A stretch of DNA of 64,000 nt. Source: a virus (Duplodnaviria > Caudoviricetes). The notes under the pieces are model-generated. The model had not been told where the DNA came from, searched no databases, and saw nothing but the letters and a program-made list of their open reading frames with translations. The DNA lies in the IMG/VR virus record IMGVR_UViG_2541047295_000015, positions 32,001 through 96,000 of that record; one strand, given 5' to 3'. The position numbers and the translations under genes are program-made. Positions 11,301 through 21,701 of this stretch are shown one piece after another; the first letter of the stretch is position 1, and every line of letters starts with the position of its first letter.

Positions 11301-12674
11301 GAAACAAGTAATTTAAAAGCTGTAAATTTACAAAAAGCTATAGATGAATTAAAAAGTGAAATAGATACTAAATCTGAGTTAATGATTCATACTCAAAATA
11401 TAACATTAGATAATTGGTTAGAAAAAGATGATTTATATTATATAGAAATAAATCATAATCTCTCTTCTAAGAACTTATTTATTAGTATCTTAAATATTGA
11501 TACCAATATAAATCTAATAACTTCATATAAAATTATCAACGATAATACCATTAATATATATAATGATACGCCTGTTAATGCAAATGTTTTAGTAATATCA
11601 GACAATATAAACATAAATTATTTGCCAACTATAGGTGAGAATGGTAACTGGCATATCAATAATATTGATACAGGAAAAAGCTCAATTGGTAAATCAGGTC
11701 TAAAAGGTGATAAGGGAGACATAGGTTTAACTGGTGCTACTGGCAAATCTGGTATAACTCCAACGATTGGAAATAATGGTAATTGGTTTCTTGGTGATAC
11801 TGATACTGGTAAAAGTTCAATAGGGAAAACTGGTTCTAAGGGTGACACTGGTAAATCAGCCTATGAAATTGCACTTGAAGATGGATTTGTTGGTTCTAAA
11901 GAAGATTGGTTATTATCCTTAAAAGGCAATAAAGGAGACAAGGGTGATGTTGGCAATGAAGGAAAAACAGCGTATGATGTTGCACTTGAGGAGGGATTTG
12001 TTGGAACAAAAGAAGATTGGCTCAACTCATTAAAAGGAAATAAAGGTGATATTGGTATAACTGGTACAAATGGAGATTCAGCATATGAAATTGCATTAAA
12101 AAATGGATTTTCAGGTAATTCTGAAGAATGGTTAATTTCACTAAAAGGTGATAAGGGCGATATTGGTGTAACTGGTAAATCTGCCTATGAGATTGCATCT
12201 GAAAATGGATTTTTAGGTAATATTACAGAATGGCTAAGTTCTTTAAAAGGTAATAAAGGAGACAAAGGTGATTCTGGAGTATCAAATTGGAATGATATTA
12301 GTGGAAAACCTAGTTCTTTTAATCCCTCTTCTCATAATCATGGATGTACTTCTAACAAGTCTCCCACTAGCGGTTATATTTCATTAGGTTCAGATTTAGG
12401 AGGATTAATAATAGAATGGACTCAAATTAAATTATCATTCACAGGTGCTGATACCAAAAGAGGTGGTGGAAATTTACCTATAGCATTTCCTAATGCATGT
12501 ATTGGTTTATACAGTGCTATATCTTCAGCTGGAGATAATGCATGCTTTTCTCATGGAGTTGCAAAAGAAAGTGGCCTAACATCTACAAAGTTTGGTTATC
12601 ATGTTAAAGCAGCAGGTTCAGTCGCTGATATAGAAGGATCACTTACTTTATATATACTTGCAATTGGGTATTAG
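8361..12674 (+). CDS. Baseplate upper protein (BppU-like N-terminus)/collagen-like tail fibre, module 1
   Basis: N-terminal ENDTNTAVITVELK...KKNDG BppU-type domain; many GDKG/Gly-X-Y repeats, IGENGNWF and SAYEIALEDGF repeats; C-terminal GGLIIEW...LPIAFPNAC fibre tip. Confidence 0.75.
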   Translation: MRNYEIKNYPLVLDFSNYRINKSLVDSFIYDENDTNTAVITVELKNNDKSIDLSVYDYITLNIKKNDGTTIDQQCKIIDESKGIVEIIFSKQALLCSGLNSFQIALINEESQIFSPKVFYRVEEGVLNDSDIVSSDEYSVLMILISQYKDSLKELKDLKIKIENLEITILKNEELRDSAEQERIASEIIRKDQEIIRQNQEIERQKSIQEMESEIDDKITDIQYEFDEKAQQITDDINETKESLIEDITNTKDNINQDILTTKTDLINSVNSTKETLVTEVTTVKTDLTNSFNETRDNVIADISTTKTDLINSINSTKETLTTEVTTAKTDLINSVNTSKDTMENKVQEAIDAIPPKDELKGKDGLGLEIKGSVDTVDQLPIDPTISDTYFVGYDLYIYDGAEWKIIKDLRVKGDKGDTGLTGKSIEFIWDNTQLGIRQEGSTEYVYVNLKGDTGEQGLSPYDLAKLNGFEGTELEWLNSLKGLDGFTPTIGGNGNWFINNVDTGQSSIGLKGDQGDKGDIGITGKSAYDVAIENGFEGTKDEWLLSLKGEEGDTPLIGENGNWFINGEDTGKQSKGDKGDIGSGLEIKGSFDTINELPSEGIIGDAYLVQQHLYVWDKIKKWVDCGIIQGPPGKDGASTWDDILDKPETFNPTKHTHLMSDITGLKLDADTVTYNNKISNLDSINVQKAIDELKGIVDSKSDSIMYTKIIEQNEWKHTNDLYSIEIPHNLSSKNLFISILNNDTNINLISSYKIIDIDTIEIYNDEAINATVVVLGNSSNVSYIPVIGDNGNWFINNVDTKKSSIGITGEKGDKGEQGNIGLTGDNGKSAYEIALEDGFVGSKDEWLLSLKGDEGITPMIGDNGNWFLGNIDTGKVSKGEKGDVGTGLEIKGAFDTVEELPQEGNTGDAYLIQRHLYIWDNIKKWVDCGVIQGEKGENGTSNWENILNKPDKFNPSKHIHAMDDIEGLKLSADTVTYNNETSNLKAVNLQKAIDELKSEIDTKSELMIHTQNITLDNWLEKDDLYYIEINHNLSSKNLFISILNIDTNINLITSYKIINDNTINIYNDTPVNANVLVISDNININYLPTIGENGNWHINNIDTGKSSIGKSGLKGDKGDIGLTGATGKSGITPTIGNNGNWFLGDTDTGKSSIGKTGSKGDTGKSAYEIALEDGFVGSKEDWLLSLKGNKGDKGDVGNEGKTAYDVALEEGFVGTKEDWLNSLKGNKGDIGITGTNGDSAYEIALKNGFSGNSEEWLISLKGDKGDIGVTGKSAYEIASENGFLGNITEWLSSLKGNKGDKGDSGVSNWNDISGKPSSFNPSSHNHGCTSNKSPTSGYISLGSDLGGLIIEWTQIKLSFTGADTKRGGGNLPIAFPNACIGLYSAISSAGDNACFSHGVAKESGLTSTKFGYHVKAAGSVADIEGSLTLYILAIGY

Positions 12675-12702
12675 AATCTATAACTTCTAGAAGGAGGTAA
12701 AA

Positions 12703-13014
12703 ATGAGAAAGATATTTAAGATGGGTCTGAAAAAAGATTTAAAATCATTCAATGGATTTTATATAGAAGACATCCATAAAAATAATATACCTAAGTCTTA
12801 TATAAATATTGCAGAAGATCTTTGGAGTTATTTATTAGAACTAGGTGATTTTAAATTTATAGGAGATTATAAAACAAAAAAAGATTTATATACTGTTCAA
12901 GAAAAAGATGAGTTTGAAAAAATTATTCCAGATTCTTATTCTGAAAATAACATAGCCTTAGAAGATAGAATTTCTGCAATTGAACAAGCAATATTAGCCA
13001 TATTATTAAAATAA
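12703..13014 (+). CDS. Tail fibre assembly/chaperone-like protein
   Basis: Follows fibre; GFYIEDIH...I motif and C-terminal LEDRISAIEQA coil. Confidence 0.6.
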   Translation: MRKIFKMGLKKDLKSFNGFYIEDIHKNNIPKSYINIAEDLWSYLLELGDFKFIGDYKTKKDLYTVQEKDEFEKIIPDSYSENNIALEDRISAIEQAILAILLK

Positions 13015-13033
13015 TTGACTGGAGGTGAGTTAA

Positions 13034-13198
13034 ATGAACTCATTATATAACTTTCTACTTAATATGTGGAAAATTGGTAATATAGATGAAAAATATATAA
13101 ACACTATGTCATCTAATAAAATTATCACATCAGAGGAAAGAGATATGATAATCTCTACATCTAAAATAAAATGTAAAGGAGTAGATAATATTGGATAG
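13034..13198 (+). CDS. XkdX-like small tail chaperone, 54 aa
   Basis: RBS ggaggtga; MNSLYNFLLNMWKIGNIDEKYI...KIITSEERDMII. Confidence 0.6.
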   Translation: MNSLYNFLLNMWKIGNIDEKYINTMSSNKIITSEERDMIISTSKIKCKGVDNIG

Positions 13199-14327
13199 TA
13201 ATAAAATTTTAAAGTTACAGGCTGAAGATATAAAATATAATAATGTTATTAGTGGATTAAATTCCACTAATACTAAAGAAGCAATAGATGAATTAAGGAA
13301 TTTAATAAGGCAACCTGATTCTATCTATAGTGCAACATTAGACATTGATTTAAATGACTGGAAATTAAAAGATGATTTTTATTATAAATCTATAAAGCAT
13401 AACTTAGATTCTAAATGTTTATTGGTAAGCATAATAGAAAAAAACACACAAAATAGTTTATTGTGTTCATATAAAATAGTTGACAATGACACAATTGAAA
13501 TATTTAATGAAATTGTTATTAATGCAACTATAAATATAGTAGGTATCAACACAGATATAACACCTATTCCAAGTATAGGTGAAAATGGTAACTGGTTTAT
13601 AAATGGAGAAGATACTGGTAAGTCATCTAAAGGAAATAAAGGTGATATTGGCAATGAAGGAAAATCTGCATATGAAACATGGAGAGGTATATCTCAAAAT
13701 AAAGATAAAACTGTCCAAGAATTTATAGAGAGTCTAAAAGGGAGTAAAGGCGATACTGGGGTAACACCTTCAATCGGAAAAAATGGCAATTGGTTTATAG
13801 GTGAAAATGATACTGGTAAACCATCTAGGGGAGAAATTGGAGATTTAAATATTGACACAAACTTTAGCGAACTAGAAACTGAAAGTAAAAAAATTCTTGA
13901 AGCCATAAATGAAATTAATAAAAAAGCTGTAGATTCTAATGGAGATATAACTGGAGATATAGCTGTTGAATTAGCTATATTAAAAAATAACTATGCTATA
14001 CTTCTAAATAAAATGTTAGATTTTTCAATAGAAATGGATTTAGAACAAAATGCTACAATAGATGAAGCTGGATACTGGTATGATACATTAAAAGATAATA
14101 AAAATATAATAGCTATGAATGATTTAAAATTAGATACAATAGGAAAATGTATAAGGGGTATTTATGGAAGTGTAACATTTCGAAATATTGAGATTCCTTT
14201 TATATCCAATAAACTTAGATATATTCATGAATTAAATAATAACTCAATTGATAATATTGTAAGTCAAACTTATCCTAAAGATTCTACCCAAATTAATTTA
14301 GGAAAATATAAATATAAAATAAGATAA
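13191..14327 (+). CDS. Tail fibre adaptor (baseplate-attachment-like) of module 2
   Basis: Shares HNL..S..YKI.D..TI domain and IGENGNWF repeats with 8361..12674; precedes the large RCC1-repeat protein. Confidence 0.65.
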   Translation: MDSNKILKLQAEDIKYNNVISGLNSTNTKEAIDELRNLIRQPDSIYSATLDIDLNDWKLKDDFYYKSIKHNLDSKCLLVSIIEKNTQNSLLCSYKIVDNDTIEIFNEIVINATINIVGINTDITPIPSIGENGNWFINGEDTGKSSKGNKGDIGNEGKSAYETWRGISQNKDKTVQEFIESLKGSKGDTGVTPSIGKNGNWFIGENDTGKPSRGEIGDLNIDTNFSELETESKKILEAINEINKKAVDSNGDITGDIAVELAILKNNYAILLNKMLDFSIEMDLEQNATIDEAGYWYDTLKDNKNIIAMNDLKLDTIGKCIRGIYGSVTFRNIEIPFISNKLRYIHELNNNSIDNIVSQTYPKDSTQINLGKYKYKIR

Positions 14328-14331
14328 AGAG

Positions 14332-17300
14332 GTGTTTTTATTGATAAAAAAAACAAAATTATTTCAAAGAGGAAAATATTTTAATAATGATAGCATAAAT
14401 TTAAATAAGTTTGATAGAACTTATGATTCATTTAATTTTGTAGGTTTTTTTACTGGATATGCAGATGTTAGTTTTGCATTAGACAAAAATAATAATGCTT
14501 ATGCTTGTGGAAACAATACTGAGTACATGTTAGGTTTAGGTAAAGATACTAAAACTGTTAAAACATTTACAAAACTCCCAGTAAGTAATGTCAAAATGAT
14601 AGCTGTTGGTACAAATCATGCCTTATTATTAACTAATGATGGGTTTGTCTATGCAGCAGGTAGAAATGACAAAAACCAATTCGGAATTGGTAAACTTCCA
14701 GATACAATATATTATGAGTTTACTAAATTATCTCTACAAAATGTAAAATATATAGCTTGCGGAGAAGGTTCTTCTTATTATATAGATAATGATAATTTGG
14801 CATATTCATGTGGCAATAATAATTATGGTCAATTAGGTTTAGGAACAAATGCTGATATAAAAGATACACTTAATAGAGATACATTTACAAAAATTAATAT
14901 AGATAATGTTAAATCGATTTATACATCTTTATATAGTGCATATATAATTAAAAATGATAGTACATGCTATTCTTGTGGATTTAATGGATCTGGACAACTT
15001 GGTTTAGGTGATAATAATAATAGAGATATATTTACAAAAATTAATATAGACAATGTAAAAAAAATAAGTGTTGGTTCAAATCATACAGCTTTATTAAAAG
15101 ATAATAATGAACTATATTTTACTGGATATAATTCTAATGGAGAATATGGAGATAATACTATTATAAGTAAAAATATATTTACTCTATCTAACGAAAAAAA
15201 TATACTAGATGTAAATTGTTCATATAATCATACTTTTATTCTAAAAAATGATGGAAGTTTATATAGTGCTGGTTACAATAAATATGGAGAATCTTTAATA
15301 GATAATAAATACGATATTATAAATACAATAACATACACTAAAGTAACAGATAATATAAAAAGTATCTATAGTAGTAAACAACATTCATTTCTAATAGATA
15401 AAGATAATAATATTCTAGTTGGTGGGTTAAATAACTTTAATCAATTAGGATGCTTTTTTAATGAAATGATTATATATTCTCCTACTAAGTTTAATTTTCA
15501 TAATACAGATAATATAAAAAATATATTTAAATATAAAGATAAAATAATGTTAACAAAAGATAGCTGTGAAATACAAAATGTAAAACTATATGATAATTTT
15601 CATGACTATAAACAGATTCTTTTAACAGATTATACTATGTTTATATTATTAAATAACGGAAATTTATACGCATGTGGATATAATATTAATGGACAACTTG
15701 GATTAGGAGATACAAAAAATAGGTCAATATTCTGTAAAGTTCCTGTTGATAATGTAAAAGAAGTTTACTCTGATAGGCTTGGATATACTACATTTATAAT
15801 GAAAAATGATGGTTCTATATGGTCTTGTGGATTAAATACTAGTGGTCAATTAGGGGTAGGAGATAAACTTAATAAAAGCTTATTTCAATTTGTTAATGTT
15901 AGTAATATACAACAAATATGCATCGAATCTAATTATACAATGATTTTAACAACTGAAGGAACTCTTTTAGGCAGTGGTAATAATTCATATGTTTTAAAGA
16001 ATAATAATGTTTCTATTTTTACAAATCAAATGGATAATTTAAGTATAAAAATAAAAAAAATCGCATCTTATGATAATAATTTTTATTTAATTGAAGATTC
16101 TACTCATTATTTATATGTTAAAGGTTTAAATAATTATTATGAACTAGGACTTGATAATACAAGTACTTATTCATCTTTTGTTAAAGTATCTAATTTATAT
16201 TATAGTAATAGTAGCCTGCCTTGTGTAATAAAAGATGTTATTCCAGTATATAAAGGCTGTGTAGTAATTAATATGAATGATAGAATGTTTACAACTGGTT
16301 ATAGTTATATGGATTACACAGCATCAAATTCTGATAATACTTCTTCTGTAAAATGTTACCGTTTTGGAACTAAAAGAGCTTACAATGCTGTTGTTGATTT
16401 TTCAACAAGATTCTTTGAAGACTATAATAGATTAAACCAACAATATGATTCAAAATTTTTATCTAATAATGCAATAGGATTAATAAAAGCAAAAGATTCA
16501 AATAGTTATTGGGGATGTTTTTTTGAAGCGGATTACTATGACCCTCAGTTTAATGCTGACAATATAGCTGTTTTAAACTATTTCATATTGTATTCAGATA
16601 GTAGTGGTCTTAAAATTCGTCCTAATCAATATAATAAACTCAATTATGGTTATATAGAATCATATCCTATAAAAAATGTAAAAGATATTATAAGTACACA
16701 AACTAGTTCTATAATAATAGATAGCAATAACAACATATATTGTATTGGAATAAATTATTATAATAAATTTGGAATAGGAAACACAGGACATCATGCTTAT
16801 ACAAACAGATTAGTTAATATAACAGACCAATATAATTCTTATATTACTATGGATGAGATAAAAAAAATAGAAACATCTGACTATGCAACATTTATATTAA
16901 AAAAAGATGGTTCTCTATTTTCATGTGGCGATAATGAATATGGTCAATTAGGTTTAGGAGATACAATTAATAAAAATGAATTTACACAAGTTCCGATAGA
17001 TGATGTAAAAGATATAATTATTAGTAGTGCTACTTCTTTTGTAATAAAAAATGATAATACTATATATTCATGTGGTAAAAATGATAAAGGTCAGTTAGGG
17101 TTAAATGATACTAACAATAGAAATATATTTACTGAAATTGATACTAGTTTTAATACTTCTCCCATAAAAAAAATATCATGTGCACCTAGTAATAGTTTCT
17201 TATTATTTGAAAATGGATTAGTATACTGCTGTGGAGATAATACTCATGGTCAATTAGGAATTGGTACTTTTGGAAATAACGAAAATAAATTGAAATTTGA

Positions 17301-19521
17301 TTTAATTAATATTAATGATATAAGAGATCTTTATTGTAGTTCTAGTATCTTAGCAGTTATAAACAATAATAATGAATTGTATATGTGTGGTGATAATACA
17401 TATGGACAAATTGGAATGGGTACTCAAACTAGACAACTTACACTTATTAAAAAAGGGCAAAATATAAAAGAAGTGATAATTGCAGGATTAAATACTTTTA
17501 TAATTTCATATCAAAATACTTGTAGTGTTACTGGTAAAAATAGTAATAAATGTTTAGGATTAGATATGAATTCTACTATTACAACTTTTAATGAATTATC
17601 ATTGCAAAATGTAAAAAAAATAGTTTGTAATAGCAACACAACTTTATTTTTAACACTAGATAATAAATTATATTCTGCTGGTCATAAAAATTATGGTTCA
17701 ACTCATGCTAATTCTACTTATACTTTAATAAAAGAAAATGTAAAAGATATTTTTAATGATAGTGAATGCTGTTATTATATAGATATGAATAACAATTTAT
17801 TTGGTAGTGGTACTAATTCATTTGGGCAATTAGGACAATGTAGTACTGGTGTAATAGCTTCATATATTAAAATAAGAAGTAATGTTAAAATGTTATATAC
17901 TAATGCGTATTCTATTTATATTCAAAAAAATACAAATGATTTTGAAGTTTGTGGTTCTAACACCAAAGGACAATTAGGAATAGAAAATACCTATGAAAGC
18001 AGATATAACAATTATAATTATTGTACAGAACCTGTCCCTTTACCTTTTGTAATGGGAGATATAATAGATATTAAAAAAGAATATAATTATCTATTAATTA
18101 ATAATAAAGTAATAGTCCCTACAGATACAGATATAAATTATTCAAATATATTTGGTGATACATATATAGAATATGAATACATATCATTACCATTTGATAA
18201 TATAAAAGAAGTAGCCATATCTAGAACACATGTAATAGTTCTATTAGAAAATGGAGAAGTCTATGGATGTGGTTCTAATGAATATGGAGAATTATTTAAA
18301 GAATTAACAGTAAAAAGGTATGACAACTTTACTAAATTAGATATAACTCACATTAAACATATAGCATGTGGAAATAACTTTACATATTATATAGATTCAA
18401 TAGATAATAGTTTAAAATGTATAGGAAAAAATACTAATTATGAATTAGGATTAGGACATAATGAAACTGTAAACACAGTTCAAACTATATCTTCTGTTAC
18501 TAATTTAAAAGACATAAAGATAACAAATAATTACATTCTTGCTCTAACAGAAAATAATATTTTATTTGCACAAGGATTAAACATTAATTGCTGTTTTGGA
18601 TTAGGATTAGATACAAAAGATGTAGTATACAAATTATTTATAAAAATAGCAGATAATATAAAAGAATTAACACAAATAGATGATAATAATATATTTTATA
18701 TAGATAATAATAACAATTTACAAGTTGCAGGTAAAAACACCCCAGCTTTTCATATAGATGATGCATTATATTACATATCTAGTTTTTCACCAATTCCATT
18801 AGATGAAATAGATAATATAGTTGATATGTTATCAACTGATGATACTTTATATATAATATCAAGAATTTCATCAGAAGATACTAATATAGAATTAGTAGGT
18901 AAAACATTAAATTCTGTTAGGGTAAATATACAAGACGTAAACAATGATATAACAAAAGTAGAAATGATTATAAATGGAGAATCCATAGAAACACTATCTA
19001 AAACAAGTGTTGATTCAATTATATTCAATATACCAAAAGATAAATTAAAAATAGGTAGCAATAGAATAATGTTTAAAGCCTATTCTAAATATGAAAACCT
19101 ATATGATACTATGTTTATATATAAAGAATCAACAGGTAATGAGAATATTATTGGAAGTTCAATTTTAATAAACAATAAAATTTATAAAATATCAGATGTT
19201 ATAGATCAAGATATAGATGACATCATAATCATATTAGATAGAGGTTTAGAAGATGAATTACAATCTGAAGATACCATATCTATATTATTGAATAACATAA
19301 AAGTTCAAGTAAGAACAAATAAAACTGGACTTTTTAAAGATATCTTATTAAAAGAAATCAAAAAAGTTGATTCTGGATACCAAGAAATCTATGAATTCGA
19401 AGAATCAAATATGTCTATGGTACAACCAAGGATAATAGTTGAAAAAGGTGATAAATGGACGTCTATAAAAAGGCCTTCAATATTACTAAGCTATGATCCA
19501 TCACAATTCCAACAAAACTAA
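14332..19521 (+). CDS. Large RCC1-repeat receptor-binding protein (diffocin RBP-like), module 2
   Basis: 1729 aa with many CG.N.YGQLGLG RCC1 repeats; size and context recall the C. difficile diffocin RBP. Confidence 0.75.
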   Translation: MFLLIKKTKLFQRGKYFNNDSINLNKFDRTYDSFNFVGFFTGYADVSFALDKNNNAYACGNNTEYMLGLGKDTKTVKTFTKLPVSNVKMIAVGTNHALLLTNDGFVYAAGRNDKNQFGIGKLPDTIYYEFTKLSLQNVKYIACGEGSSYYIDNDNLAYSCGNNNYGQLGLGTNADIKDTLNRDTFTKINIDNVKSIYTSLYSAYIIKNDSTCYSCGFNGSGQLGLGDNNNRDIFTKINIDNVKKISVGSNHTALLKDNNELYFTGYNSNGEYGDNTIISKNIFTLSNEKNILDVNCSYNHTFILKNDGSLYSAGYNKYGESLIDNKYDIINTITYTKVTDNIKSIYSSKQHSFLIDKDNNILVGGLNNFNQLGCFFNEMIIYSPTKFNFHNTDNIKNIFKYKDKIMLTKDSCEIQNVKLYDNFHDYKQILLTDYTMFILLNNGNLYACGYNINGQLGLGDTKNRSIFCKVPVDNVKEVYSDRLGYTTFIMKNDGSIWSCGLNTSGQLGVGDKLNKSLFQFVNVSNIQQICIESNYTMILTTEGTLLGSGNNSYVLKNNNVSIFTNQMDNLSIKIKKIASYDNNFYLIEDSTHYLYVKGLNNYYELGLDNTSTYSSFVKVSNLYYSNSSLPCVIKDVIPVYKGCVVINMNDRMFTTGYSYMDYTASNSDNTSSVKCYRFGTKRAYNAVVDFSTRFFEDYNRLNQQYDSKFLSNNAIGLIKAKDSNSYWGCFFEADYYDPQFNADNIAVLNYFILYSDSSGLKIRPNQYNKLNYGYIESYPIKNVKDIISTQTSSIIIDSNNNIYCIGINYYNKFGIGNTGHHAYTNRLVNITDQYNSYITMDEIKKIETSDYATFILKKDGSLFSCGDNEYGQLGLGDTINKNEFTQVPIDDVKDIIISSATSFVIKNDNTIYSCGKNDKGQLGLNDTNNRNIFTEIDTSFNTSPIKKISCAPSNSFLLFENGLVYCCGDNTHGQLGIGTFGNNENKLKFDLININDIRDLYCSSSILAVINNNNELYMCGDNTYGQIGMGTQTRQLTLIKKGQNIKEVIIAGLNTFIISYQNTCSVTGKNSNKCLGLDMNSTITTFNELSLQNVKKIVCNSNTTLFLTLDNKLYSAGHKNYGSTHANSTYTLIKENVKDIFNDSECCYYIDMNNNLFGSGTNSFGQLGQCSTGVIASYIKIRSNVKMLYTNAYSIYIQKNTNDFEVCGSNTKGQLGIENTYESRYNNYNYCTEPVPLPFVMGDIIDIKKEYNYLLINNKVIVPTDTDINYSNIFGDTYIEYEYISLPFDNIKEVAISRTHVIVLLENGEVYGCGSNEYGELFKELTVKRYDNFTKLDITHIKHIACGNNFTYYIDSIDNSLKCIGKNTNYELGLGHNETVNTVQTISSVTNLKDIKITNNYILALTENNILFAQGLNINCCFGLGLDTKDVVYKLFIKIADNIKELTQIDDNNIFYIDNNNNLQVAGKNTPAFHIDDALYYISSFSPIPLDEIDNIVDMLSTDDTLYIISRISSEDTNIELVGKTLNSVRVNIQDVNNDITKVEMIINGESIETLSKTSVDSIIFNIPKDKLKIGSNRIMFKAYSKYENLYDTMFIYKESTGNENIIGSSILINNKIYKISDVIDQDIDDIIIILDRGLEDELQSEDTISILLNNIKVQVRTNKTGLFKDILLKEIKKVDSGYQEIYEFEESNMSMVQPRIIVEKGDKWTSIKRPSILLSYDPSQFQQN

Positions 19522-19540
19522 ATAATAATAGGAGGTAAGA

Positions 19541-19879
19541 ATGTTAAAAATAGACAAAAGAAAAATACATGATATTAAAAATAGAAAAGAAAATGACATT
19601 AAGTTTAATATTATAGATACAAGTCAAATAACTCAAAACAATGACATTACAGATTTAATGTTGGCAACTGCTGAAATATGTGAAATGGTATTGGATAGCC
19701 AATCAAAACCATCTACCATGTCATTAAAAAATATAAAATTAAATGAAGGAGGAAATAGTATGGCAGCAATTTATGTAGGATTAATAGAAAGAGGTTTAAA
19801 AACAATTGACCAAGTACCTGTAAAATACAGAGAAGAGGTAAGAAAAATGTGTGAGGCACTAGAAATTCCGTTATCATAG
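19541..19879 (+). CDS. RBP chaperone with CD1375-like C-terminal domain; probable nested start at 19760
   Basis: MAAIYVGLIERGLKTIDQVP motif preceded in frame by RBS gaaggagg. Confidence 0.65.
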   Translation: MLKIDKRKIHDIKNRKENDIKFNIIDTSQITQNNDITDLMLATAEICEMVLDSQSKPSTMSLKNIKLNEGGNSMAAIYVGLIERGLKTIDQVPVKYREEVRKMCEALEIPLS

Positions 19880-19990
19880 AACTTTAAGAGTTCTTTTTTT
19901 GTGCTCAAAATAGAGAGTTACATTAGTAACTCTCTAACTTAAAGAAGAAGGTGATAAATTGTTAAATGAAGATGCAGTAAAAAAATTAAA
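19878..19990 (+). repeat. Cassette junction A: terminator + second hairpin + conserved RBS/start (aagaaggtgataaattgttaaatgaagatg)
   Basis: agaact-ttaag-agttct+T7; tagagagttac-atta-gtaactctcta; start region nearly identical to junctions B and C. Confidence 0.8.
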
Positions 19991-21701
19991 AAATGTACCT
20001 AGTAATACTAGTGATAAAATTGAAAAAGTTAATACAAATATAGGAGATACAACACTACTTGAAACAACAGATAAAACTAGTATTGTAAGTGCAATTAACG
20101 AGGTAAAAACTAGTATAGATAGTATAGAGACAACAGCAGATAAAACAACTATAAAAGATACAGATAATTTATTTGAAAGCGACAATGTAGAGGGAGCATT
20201 AAAAGAACTTTTTCAAAATGTCGATAATGGGAAAAACCTAATTGCTAGTGCCATTACCGACAAGGGTATTAATACTAGCAAAGATGATACTTTTCAAAAA
20301 ATAGCTGAAAATATAAATAAATTAGTAAAACTTAACCATCTACCTATATTAAGTAATATAACTGTATCAAATATTAAAGTAGGAGGCTCTTATACACTGA
20401 ATTATACTTGTACAGATGAAGATAAAGATACATTAATTCATAGACTTAAAATAGGAGATAATGATTTTATTTCTATTAATCCTAGTAATAATGACAATAA
20501 TTTTACTTATATAGGAAATGGACTAAGTCATAATACCAGATATACTTGTTACATAGAAGTAAGTGATGGTGATAAAATAGTATTATCTAATCCATTCACA
20601 ATAACTATACCAAAAGCAGAGGTATATGGAGTTAAAATTGATGAAAGTAACAGTAATCCATTAACTTGTGTGACTTACATTGAAAGTTCTCAAGGAGTAA
20701 TACCTGCCAATTCAACTGGTTATGGAGGATGGTCAAATATATACCCTTTTAAAGATATAAAACCTTGTGGTTTTAAGTCTGGAAAGTTATACAAATATAT
20801 TAATCCACAAAATTTTTCTAAATATTTAGATGGAAGTGATGTCATTGGAGATGTTGACGTAATGATTGAGTTTCCAAAAATATATTGGAAGTTTACCACA
20901 ACAACTAATGGTTATGAAATAAGAATATCAGAAGCTAGAATTGATAATAATTATATATGCATGGCTCATACTGTTGGTTCTACTGAAAAAGAAAAAATAT
21001 ATATTGGTGCATATTTAGGGTATAATATTGATGGCAAATTAAGAAGTGTTTCTGGCTATACACCTACTGTGTCAAAAACTATTGGAGAATTTAGATTACA
21101 TGCCCAAGCTAATGGATCTGGGTATCAACAATATAATTATTATTGTATGTTAATGTTACAAATATTATATTTAATAATGTACAAATCTCTTAATAGTCAG
21201 TTACAACTTGGGTTTGGATATACTGATGAAACAGAGGAGTATATGACTACAGGAGGAACAAATTATAATGGAATGATTTATGGGTCTAATGGCAAGAAAC
21301 AAATTAAATTTTTAGGAATAGAGGATTTGTGGGGGAATTATAATCAATGGGTAGATGGGTTTTATAGTGATAATGATTTAAACATGATGATAAGTGATAA
21401 TTCAATATTTAATGATAAGGGAACTGGATATATAAATCGAGGTCGTGGTGCAAATCAAGAATTTAATGGTTCTATAAGTAGAGTTCAAGCTACTAATCAT
21501 GGTGGATTTATAATAAAATCATCTGATAATGGAGCAAGTGATAAATATTATTGTGATGCTGGTGCCTTATTTTCCAATTCTGTACCAATAACAGGAGGAT
21601 TTAAGGGGATTGGGTCAGTTGCAGGAATTTTTCTTTTCATGGTTAGTTATTCTTCTTCATACTCTGATAATAAATTTACTTCTAGGTTAGTGTATATGTA
21701 A
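19959..21701 (+). CDS. Tail fibre module 3 with C-terminal C-type-lectin (Mtd/DGR-target-like) domain
   Basis: MLNEDAVKK start; DVMIEFPK, IYIGAYLG, GIEDLWGNYNQWVDG and terminal GG...AGIF...SRL motifs typical of CLec/FGE-type fibres. Confidence 0.7.
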   Translation: MLNEDAVKKLKNVPSNTSDKIEKVNTNIGDTTLLETTDKTSIVSAINEVKTSIDSIETTADKTTIKDTDNLFESDNVEGALKELFQNVDNGKNLIASAITDKGINTSKDDTFQKIAENINKLVKLNHLPILSNITVSNIKVGGSYTLNYTCTDEDKDTLIHRLKIGDNDFISINPSNNDNNFTYIGNGLSHNTRYTCYIEVSDGDKIVLSNPFTITIPKAEVYGVKIDESNSNPLTCVTYIESSQGVIPANSTGYGGWSNIYPFKDIKPCGFKSGKLYKYINPQNFSKYLDGSDVIGDVDVMIEFPKIYWKFTTTTNGYEIRISEARIDNNYICMAHTVGSTEKEKIYIGAYLGYNIDGKLRSVSGYTPTVSKTIGEFRLHAQANGSGYQQYNYYCMLMLQILYLIMYKSLNSQLQLGFGYTDETEEYMTTGGTNYNGMIYGSNGKKQIKFLGIEDLWGNYNQWVDGFYSDNDLNMMISDNSIFNDKGTGYINRGRGANQEFNGSISRVQATNHGGFIIKSSDNGASDKYYCDAGALFSNSVPITGGFKGIGSVAGIFLFMVSYSSSYSDNKFTSRLVYM

